NCBI GenBank assembly: GCA_964016885.1
Contig: OZ024742.1
Location: forward strand, 327,236,001 to 327,300,000
Source of the DNA: Eledone cirrhosa
Lineage: Eukaryota
Length of the DNA: 64,000 bases
Direction: 5' to 3'
Every line of letters starts with the position of its first letter. The stretch's first letter is position 1. Positions 54,801 through 64,000 of this stretch are shown in pieces. A program made the translations under genes and the position numbers. The notes under the pieces are model-generated. The model did no database searches. It was given only the letters and a program-made list of their open reading frames with translations, and was not told the DNA's origin.

Positions 54801-56690
54801 GTGTCTGGATCTGTGGGAGTGTCTGGGTCAGTGGCAGTGTCTGGGTCTGTGGAAGTGTCTGGGTCTGTAGGAGCACCTGGGTCAGTGGCAGTGTCTGGGT
54901 CTGTGGGAGTGTCTGGGTCTGTGGGAGTGTCTGGGTCAGTGGCAGTGTCTGGGTCTGTGGGAGTGTCTGGGTCTGTGGCAGTGTCTGGGTCTGTGGCAGT
55001 GTCTGGGTCTGTAGGAGCACCTGGGTCAGTGGCAGTGTCTGGGTCTGTGGGAGTGTCTGGGTCTGTGGGAGTGTCTGGGTCTGTGGGAGTATCTGGGTCT
55101 GTGGGAGTGTCTGGGTCAGTGGCAGTGTCTGGGTCTGTGGGAGTGTCTGGGTCTGTGGGAGTGTCTGGGTCTGTGGCAGTGTCTGGGTCTGTGGGAGTGT
55201 CTGCGTCTGTGGGAGTGTCTGGGTCTGTGGGAGTGTCTGGGTCTGTGGGAGTGTCTGGGTCTGTGGGAGTGTCTGGGTCTGTGGCAGTGTGTGGGTCTGT
55301 GGGAGTGTCTGGGTCTGTGGCAGTGTCTGGGTCTGTGGGAGTGTCTGGATCTGTGGGAGTGTCTGGGTCTGTGGCAGTGTCTGGGTCTGCGGGAGTGTCT
55401 GGGTCTGTGGCAGTGTCTGGGTCTGTGGGAGTGTCTGGGTCTGTGGCAGTGTCTGGGTCTGTGGGAGTGTCTGGATCTGTGGGAGTGTCTGGGTCTGTGG
55501 CAGTGTCTGGGTCTGCGGGAGTGTCTGGGTCTGTGGCAGTGTCTGGGTCTGCGGGAGTGTCTGGGTCTGTGGGAGTGTCTGGGTCTGTGGGAGTGTCTGG
55601 ATCTGTGGGAGTGTCTGGATCTGTGGGAGTGTCTGGGTCTGTGGCAGTGTCTGGGTCTGTGGGAGTGTCTGGGTCTGTGGCAGTGTCTGGGTCTGTGGGA
55701 GTGTCTGGATCTGTGGGAGTGTCTGGGTCTGTGGCAGTGTCTGGGTCTGCGGGAGTGTCTGGGTCTGCGGGAGTGTCTGGGTCTGCGGGAGTGTCTGGGT
55801 CTGTGGGAGTGTCTGGGTCTGTGGGAGTGTCTGGGTCTGTGGCAGTGTCTGGGTCTGTGGCAGTGTCTGGGTCTGCGGGAGTGTCTGGGTCTGTGGCAGT
55901 GTCTGGGTCTGCGGGAGTGTCTGGGTCTGTGGCAGTGTCTGGGTCTGCGGGAGTGTCTGGGTCTGTGGGAGTGTCTGGGTCTGTGGGAGTGTCTGGGTCT
56001 GTGGCAGTGTCTGGGTCTGTGGGAGTGTCTGGATCTGTGGGAGTGTCTGGGTCTGTGGCAGTGTCTGGGTCTGTGGGAGTGTCTGGGTCTGTGGCAGTGT
56101 CTGGGTCTGTGGGAGTGTCTGGGTCTGTGGCAGTGTCTGGGTCTGTGGGAGTGTCTGGATCTGTGGGAGTGTCTGGGTCTGTGGCAGTGTCTGGGTCTGC
56201 GGGAGTGTCTGGGTCTGCGGGAGTGTCTGGGTCTGTGGGAGTGTCTGGGTCTGTGGCAGTGTCTGGGTCTATGGGAGTGTCTGGGTCTGTGGGAGTGTCT
56301 GGGTCTGTGGGAGTGTCTGGGTCTGTGGGAGTGTCTGGGTCTGTGGGAGTGTCTGGGTCTGTGGCAGTGTGTGGGTCTGTGGGAGTGTCTGGGTCTGTGG
56401 CAGTGTCTGGGTCTGTGGGAGTGTCTGGGTCTGTGGCAGTGTCTGGGTCTGTGGGAGTGTCTGGATCTGTGGGAGTGTCTGGGTCTGTGGCAGTGTCTGG
56501 GTCTGTGGGAGTGTCTGGGTCTGTGGCAGTGTGTGGGTCTGTGGGAGTGTCTGGGTCTGTGGCAGTGTGTGGGTCTGTGGGAGTGTCTGGGTCTGTGGGA
56601 GTGTCTGGGTCTGTGGCAGTGTGTGGGTCTGTGGCAGTGTGTGGGTCTGTGGGAGTGTGTGTGTCTGTGGGAGAGCTTGGGTCTGTGGCA
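51809..56690. repeat. 18-bp minisatellite, about 270 units (GGGTCTGTGGGAGTGTCT and variants)
   Basis: Directly visible. One 12-bp unit near 54400. Stop-free frames on both strands (+51672-56765 SGSVGV; -56791-51779 TDPDTP). Confidence 0.98.
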
Positions 56691-56835
56691 ATGCCACTGA
56701 TCTGTGGGAGTGCACAGATCAGTGGCAATAGCAACGAGGTTGATAGCGTTACCCCGTCTAAGTAATAGTCTGAGAATTTGGGTCCAGTCAAGAAAGAAAC
56801 TGTCTCACATATATTCTCTTGTTCCAGTCAAGATA

Positions 56836-57053
56836 AGGGTTTCTACTATAGGCACAAGGCCAGCAATTTAGGAGGAGAGGAAAGTCAGTTAAATCGACCC
56901 CAGTGCATAACTGGTACTTTATTTTATCGACCCCGCAAGGATGAAAGGCAAAGCCAACTCCGGTGGAATTTGAACTTAGAACATAAAGGGCCATTACTCT
57001 ATGCTGCAAAGCATGGTGTCCGACGCTCTACCGATTCTGCCAATCCACCGCCC
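56836..57053 (-). mobile_element. (ATT)n-tailed SINE with 17-bp TSD
   Basis: TGTTCCAGTCAAGATAA present at 56820 and 57054 on either side of a full copy. Confidence 0.9.
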
Positions 57054-57179
57054 TGTTCCAGTCAAGATAATGACTGTCACATAGGTACTGTGTAAGTCTT
57101 TACTGTTGATATTTACATTCCAATGAAGGGGTTTATTTGGACTAAGAAATCAACACTTCTATATAGGAATTCAAAGAAT

Positions 57180-57420
57180 TAAATACATACATACATACAG
57201 ATAAACAGATTGTCATACATATATACACACTCAAATATACATATATACAGAGAGACTGTCATACATGCCTATATACACACACATATACATAAATACATAC
57301 ATACATACAGATAAACAGATTGTCATACATATATACACACTCAAATATACATATATACAGAGAGACTGTCATACATGCCTATATACACACTCACACATAT
57401 ACATAAATACATACATACAT
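57180..57420. repeat. About 116-bp tandem duplication in CA/TA-rich low-complexity DNA
   Basis: AAATACATACATACATACAGATAAACAGATTGTCATAC...AGAGAGACTGTCATACATGCC occurs twice. Confidence 0.85.
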
Positions 57421-57556
57421 ACATACAAACAAACCTATATATGTGTATGTACATATGTAAATACATATACACATACATATAAGTATATATATATATACAT
57501 ATATACATACACACATACATAAAACCATACATCTATACATACATAACAAGTACAAT

Positions 57557-57601
<45 letters not shown>

Positions 57602-57714
57602 AGGGCGGTGCCCCAGCATGGCCTCAGCCGGATGGCTGGAACAGGTAAAATAGTAAAAGAGTAAATTCCGATTCCACCCCGCCCGTCCCCTCAATCTTTC
57701 TAATTTCTCATTCT

Positions 57715-57755
57715 TTTTTTTCTGATGAAGGACTAGCGTCCGAAACGTTAAGCCC
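57715..57755 (+). ncRNA. Penelope-type minimal hammerhead
   Basis: CTGATGAA-GGAC tagc GTCC-GAAACGTTAAG. Truncated relatives at 5371-5403 (-) and 58511-58525 (-). Confidence 0.6.
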
Positions 57756-58456
57756 CTCTTCCTGTTATTTTCAGCATTAAACTAATATATTCCTTCCATA
57801 TACTGTACGGTTTATTTTGTTATATCAGTTTACCTTTTACACACACACACACATATATATATATATATGCGTATATATATATATATATATAAATATGAAG
57901 ACGGCATATATATGTGTTGGTATGTATATTTAATTTTGATAGTTTGTATAATTTTGTATAAGTATATATAAATATATATTGTTATACTTTGGGAGGGTCA
58001 TGTTGTCAATAAGAAACACACGCACCAGTTGATTTCACTTCAATTTATTATAAAGTATAACAATATCGGTTTCAACACACGTTTTCAGATAAAGAATCTT
58101 GCTAAACAAATTCAGAAATATAAATATATATATATCCATTAATATATATATATATGTACACTAGCGGCCTCCCGGTCATCGCCCCGGACTGTGCTCAAAT
58201 ATATTTATAAGGCACCTATTGTAATAGTAGAAAAATATATTCTACGTAAATTCTAAACATTTGCAGAACTTAGGATATACAATGTTTTAAACTTTTTTCT
58301 TTAGAGCATACTAGCAGAATGGCCCGGCGTTGCTCGGGATTTGTTCTAGGGTTCTTATATATTTGATATATATTTATCCTTATCGAGCCTCGTTAAATAA
58401 ATACGTTTGTTTATAATTTGTTATTGCGTATGCAAAAATATCTGTACATGAATATA

Positions 58457-58506
<50 letters not shown>

Positions 58507-58711
58507 ATTAGTCCTTCATCAGTGATCTTCCAACCTTCATTGGTATTTCATCGCTTTAAAAATCATATACCTCTGGTTGGTGCGAGTAATAACTAAATAA
58601 AGTTATTGGGACAAGTAAAGTAGGGTGAAGCGAGCGAGACATGTAAACAAACAAAGATGGTATTGCAACGGAAAGATAGGAAGAGACAAGTACATGATAT
58701 CTGATGGCAAA

Positions 58712-59162
58712 TGAGCTGGGCATGAATCGGGACAGCGCCTGGAAGATTCTCACTGAAGATTTGGACATGTGAAAAGTCTGCGCGAAGATAGTGCCAAAAC
58801 TGAACGATGATCAGAAGGGTCGACGCATGCAAGTGTGCCAGGACATCCTCGAGCGTCTTGAAACCGAACCAGACTTGCTAGGGACAGTCATCACCGGTGA
58901 TGAGTCATGGATCTTCGAGTACGACTCGGAGGGGACCCGTTTTGAAGACGTGGATGACATCAAAAAAAGCCGTGACGACGGAACTGCGGAGGCTCCCGGA
59001 ATAATCCTTCCAGGAGTGCATGCAAGCTTGGCAGAAAAGGATGGAAAAGTGCATTAGACTTCAGGGGAATTAATTTGAAGGAGAAAACTGTTAGTGTGAA
59101 GTTTGGGTTTGAAATAAATCTTTTGTGACATCAGTCCTGGAACTTTTCTGACACACCTCGTA
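58712..59162 (+). mobile_element. Internally deleted mariner transposon
   Basis: MANELGMNRDSAWKILTEDL.M*KVCAKIVPKL...VITGDESWIFEYD joined to GTRFEDVDDIK. 3' TIR CAGTCCTGGAACTTTTCTGACACACCTCG followed by TA. Confidence 0.9.
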
Positions 59163-59963
59163 TATATATATATAGAATAGAAAACGAAAAATCAGTGATG
59201 CACACAATGATCGCGTCTCGAGCTGTCCGCCGAGCAAACAATTGTAACACACAAGAAATTCAGTTCAGATGCATCACAGATTTTTCGTTTTCTATTCTAT
59301 CATACTGTGCTCTGTAAGAGCATAGAGTGCTCAACCGGCATACCGCCTATGGAAGCATATTAGCTACCATCAGACACACACACACATACATATATATATA
59401 CAGATAAATCAACCAATCAATGGTAGGGTCTAAACCGTATGAAGAACTCAATGTAATCCGTATGTAGATGTGAAGCAAAGTTTAAAATACAAAATTATCA
59501 ACGATACAGAGTCAAAAATAGAAATATTAAAACAATGAAATTAAACACAAACGGTTAATTCATAGTAAAACTCATTATTTTACGATCGTTTCTGGGGGGG
59601 GGGGGGTTCCCCGTATGTCCATTCAATTATTGATCTATGTAAAATATTACAAAATATCATAGTAAGAAAAAATACATACGTCTTCACTATCCGCCGTCTT
59701 TCTGAAGAATCGCTGCTTTCACCCTTAACATTTATTATTATTACTACAGTAATGTACTGGGTAATTGCTGGCCTTGTGCCTAAAGTAGAAACAATTATTA
59801 CTATATATATATATAGTAATAATTGTTTCTACTTTAGGCACAAGGCCAGCAATTACCCACTGCATTACTGGTACTTTATTTTATCGACCCCGTAATAATA
59901 ATAAATGTTAAGGGTGAAAGCAGCGATTCTTTGCTTAAACTTTAATCTGTTATTCTGTTATTT

Positions 59964-60047
<84 letters not shown>

Positions 60048-60304
60048 TTGTTTTGTAAGGTTTTTGATATGAAGTCGTGTGTCCAAACAAATATTGTTAT
60101 ACTTAGGGGATGATGTTGCAGATGTGCAACGAAAGAACTTTGTTAGACTATATATATACATATATATATTATTATTATTTTTTTTTGATAAACATTGATT
60201 GTCAAATAAATTAACTATGGAGGCATAAAAGATACAGAAGCGAAAACTAACCAAACAGTGAGTGTGTTCTGTTATTATTTCTGGCAATATTATTACAACA
60301 ATAT

Positions 60305-60495
60305 GGCGGTGGATTGGCAGTATCGGTAGATGGTCGGACGCCATGCTTTCCAGCATAGTTACGTCCCTTTACGATCTGAGTTCAAATCCCGCCGAGGTTG
60401 ACTTTGCCTTTCATCCTTACGGGGTCGATAAAATAAAGTACCAGTAATGCACTGGGTATTTGCTGGCCTTGTGCCTGAAGTAGAAACAATTATTA
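60305..60495 (+). mobile_element. (ATT)n-tailed SINE with TSD TATTACAACAATATG
   Basis: Full consensus. Another TSD-flanked copy lies at 62803-63020 (-). Confidence 0.87.
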
Positions 60496-60616
60496 CAACA
60501 ATATGACCCTCCCCAAGTATAACAATATATATATATATATATTGTTATACTTATATATATACTCATATATATATATATACTCATATATATATATATATAC
60601 TCATAAAAAGGAAGTT

Positions 60617-60654
<38 letters not shown>

Positions 60655-61284
60655 AACACATATCTATCATACTTACATATGATACATGCATATATATATA
60701 TATATATATATGCATGTATCATATGTAAGTATATATGTTTATGTATCTATGTATGTATGCGTGTATCATCATCATCATAATCACCATTTAAGGTCTATTT
60801 TCAATGCCAGTATGGGTTAGACGGGGTGTCCCATTTGAAGCAAGTCAGGTGAGATAACCGTACTTGCTCATACAGAACTGTTTCTGGCTTGGTTTCTACG
60901 GCTGGATGCCCTTCCTAACGCCAACCACATTTACAGTGTTGCTGGGTAATTTTGATCGTGACTACTTTACATTGGGGACTGGGTGCCTTTTATCGTGGCG
61001 CCGAAACGACCACTTTACTATGTAGGCTGGACGCGTTTTGTCGTGGCACCAAAACGAACATTTTACTGTGTGGACAAGGGACTAGAGTGGGAAGTGTAAA
61101 GGCGTGGAGGGGGGGGGGGATTAGAATGTGGGTGCTGATCGGGATGTGTATGGAAGGGGAATGGAAGACCGGATTTAAGTGGTGCACACACTAGATTGTA
61201 TCCTTCAACCCGTGCGCATGGGAATTTGGGTATTCTGTATTACTTCATAACACCAAAAGTCTACACACACACACACACACACAC

Positions 61285-61338
<54 letters not shown>

Positions 61339-61339
61339 C

Positions 61340-61512
61340 GACAGTCAATCGACTTTCGTCAAATCGGACCGAGGAAACAATGTTTCCATTGGTCTTTCCA
61401 ATTGCTAATACTATCTATCGGTCGCAACTCCAGGTAGAAGGACATAACGAATCGAACTCAAAATCTCACGATTGTGAATCCAATTCTTTAACCGCTCTGC
61501 CACGCGCCTCCA
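61340..61512 (-). mobile_element. tRNA-derived SINE of another family (related pieces at 46520-46680 + and 17075-17140 -)
   Basis: Head TGGAGGCGCGTGGCAGAGCGGTTAAAG...GAGTTCGATTC. Shared tail GAAACATTGTTTCCTCGGTCCGATTTGACGAAAGTCGAT. Confidence 0.7.
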
Positions 61513-61778
61513 CACATATATATATTTATTTATATATATGGCTTCTCGTAAACAGGAAATATAAGATTCCTAAAAATGGGAAATAGGAAATTAATGATCA
61601 ACAAATGTCTTCGCAAGCACCCATACACACAAGGACACTCATATATACATGAGTACATACATTATATATATATATGTGTGTGTGTACGTATATATATATA
61701 TTGGACCGTCAAGTATGAAATGTGTAGAAATTTGTAGAAAGAAAACAAATTTCTACAAATTTCATACTTGATGACCCA

Positions 61779-61814
<36 letters not shown>

Positions 61815-61827
61815 TTGTGTGTGCGTG

Positions 61828-61936
<109 letters not shown>

Positions 61937-62349
61937 TTAGCCTTGCTCATACAAATCTGCATTGAGCTTTGGTTTCTATGGCTTGATGCCCTTCCTAAAA
62001 CCAACTACTTTACAGTGTGGAATCGGTGCGTTTAGTTGTGTCGCCTGCACAACCACCTTTCAGGGTGGATGGGGTTCTTTTTGTTGTATCACCAACACAA
62101 CCACCGTACAAAGTGGAATGGACATTTTTAGTTATGTCACCAGCACGACTACCTTAGGGGATAGACTGGGCGCTTTTTGTCGTGTCACTAGCATCATCAC
62201 CTTACAGGGTTGACTGAGTTCATTTTTCTTTTGTCACCAGCATGGGAGCCACTTGTCGTGGCACCAGCACAACTACCTTACAGAGTTCCCACTGTATGTC
62301 GGTATTTTTTTCCTTACTGTCAAAAGTGTCAAGCAAGATAATTCTAAAT

Positions 62350-62475
62350 TTGTTACCTCAGCTTCCATATCCTACTTCTCCAGATGGTTCTGTCTCCTAG
62401 TCCGTCGGGCCCTAACTTTAAAGTCACTAACCACGAGATTATGTTGGGTGGTACATTCCTCACCATGAAGGGGCT
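62350..62475 (-). mobile_element. RTE AP-endonuclease fragment
   Basis: NTKPLHGEECTTQHNLVVSDF followed by RIWKLR, typical of the end of the RTE APE domain. Confidence 0.7.
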
Positions 62476-63039
62476 TTGTGTTTTCAACCTCACACAAACG
62501 TGTGCACATACGCACACATAAATACATAAAAAATTCAGACACAAACGTACACACACACACATAAACACACACACACACACACACACACTCCTATATAAAC
62601 ATGCACACACACGTACACACAACAAATACAGACACACATGTGGATACACAAAAAAAGCTCACTCCCATAAAATACAAAAAAACCCCAAAAACTCTCACAC
62701 TCTCAAAGGAGAAATATGTACACGTACGAAATGCACTCTATCTGCACACACGTAACAGTACAAACCGAGGCGAAGTCCGGGTGACCGCTAGTATATATAT
62801 ATAATGATTTCTAGTATAGGCACAAGGCCAGCAATTTTGAGGGAGGAGAAAATCGATTAAATCGACCCCAGTACGTTACTGGTTCTTTATTTTATCGACC
62901 CCGTAAGGATGAAAGGCAAAGTTAACCTCGGTGGGATTTGAACTCAGATCGTAAGGACCGTAACTCTATGCTGCAAAACATGGCTGCCGACCCTCTACCG
63001 ATACTGCCAATCCACCGCCCCTAGTATATATATAATAAC

Positions 63040-63300
63040 ACATTTTTTACATCAACTTTTCCATTCCAACACATCCTCCCTTAACCCGTAGCATTCCTTC
63101 ATCATCTCCATTGTGACATTCAGCATTTCAGATTAGTTCAAACCTTCTCTGTCCAAGTTTTTCTATATCTTCCTCCACTGCAGCTTGACTTCCACAGGCA
63201 CTTCTTCACTCAGTGTTAATCATTCATACGCATCATATGTCCATACCAGTCCAGTCCAGTCTTTTCTTTTGCACACAACATCTGATTCTTTTTATACACA
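63040..63300 (-). mobile_element. Decayed RTE ORF2 C-terminal fragment
   Basis: Reverse strand gives CCVQRKRLDW.WYGHMMRMND, homologous to families A/B. Confidence 0.7.
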
Positions 63301-63621
63301 CAGACATTACACATTCATTTCTCTTCAGCTTCCATACATCCTCTTGATATACTACCCTTATATATTCGTCAATAAGATCATCATTGCTCCAATCTGCTTA
63401 TTAGCCCTCAGTAAATACCCTAAACCGAAAGCCAACCTGTACCTATGACTCCTGCCAAATATACCGTAATCATCCTCGAAGTTCGGCAAATCAAACGAAG
63501 ACCACCTATCTCCCAAACTCTGCTTACGCAACCTGATCGCAACAGCTACGCAATGGGGAAGACAGACGTTATCAATATCTATCTAACTATCTATCTATCT
63601 ATCTATCTATCTATTATCCTC

Positions 63622-64000
63622 TATTGGGTCTTTTTTTCAAATACCACTTTGGAAGAAGAATCAGGATGGAGAGAGAGGTGCTGTACCCCAGCAAGTTTTA
63701 TGAAAGGTGGGTGAAAGTGGCGAGAATGGCCCGAGTGAATGGGCCTTCTCTCTATATCAGCCTGTAGGTTGAGGAAAAGGAGGAGGAGAGGAAAGGAGTA
63801 CAAGCTCTTCGTACTCCTGGAGATGAGGGTTGCACATTTTTTTTCGGGGGTATGTGTTACCCATATAAACTGTCTCCCTCTATTGGGGAAAATCGACTAA
63901 CTTTTTAAATTCCATTTGTGATAACATTTTACACGTTTTTATTGTATGTAAACTGCCCCCTTTGTATTTGTCCCCTTCTTTTGTGCCCCTGTGGCTAATA
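63622..64000 (+). mobile_element. Tx1/L1-like LINE 3' end
   Basis: FFKYHFGRRIRMEREVLYPSKFYERWVKVARM..., followed by a T-rich UTR ending GGCTAATA at the window edge. Confidence 0.5.

Noticed and set aside
51672-56765. Plus-strand 1697-aa SGSVGV silk-like ORF as a gene
   Set aside because: It is the antisense of the same minisatellite. The unit has no stop in this frame, the start is TTG, and the flanks match a retroelement on the opposite strand.
63355-63576. About 72-codon open frame on the minus strand
   Set aside because: No start, splice signals or recognisable motif, and it sits between LINE relics.

Overview
Eukaryotic, AT-rich, repeat-saturated animal DNA. The repeat mix (RTE LINEs with (GAT)n tails, CORE-type and other tRNA-derived SINEs, dense (TA)n/(CA)n/(CAT)n tracts) looks like an octopus/coleoid cephalopod genome; that is an inference. 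I found no intact host protein-coding exon. The clearest host signal is a minus-strand promoter near 18.1 kb (ETS site, TATA box, pyrimidine TCT/5'TOP-like start) with an AUG-free first exon ending CAAAACG|GTAACT, which implies a long first intron running toward the window start. The rest is 5'-truncated RTE LINEs of at least 3 families, SINEs, Penelope-like remnants carrying about a dozen intact or decayed minimal hammerhead ribozyme motifs (several inside long palindromes), nested Helitron/hAT MITEs, TTAA-flanked MITEs, and mariner, CR1, R4/Dong, CRE and Tx1/L1 relics. Two large arrays stand out: a pure (CAT)131(CAC)107(CAT)66 tract, and a 4.9-kb 18-bp minisatellite that is open on both strands and appears to have expanded inside the restriction-like endonuclease region of a dead CRE-like retrotransposon. 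All family assignments come from motif recognition by eye, not database searches.
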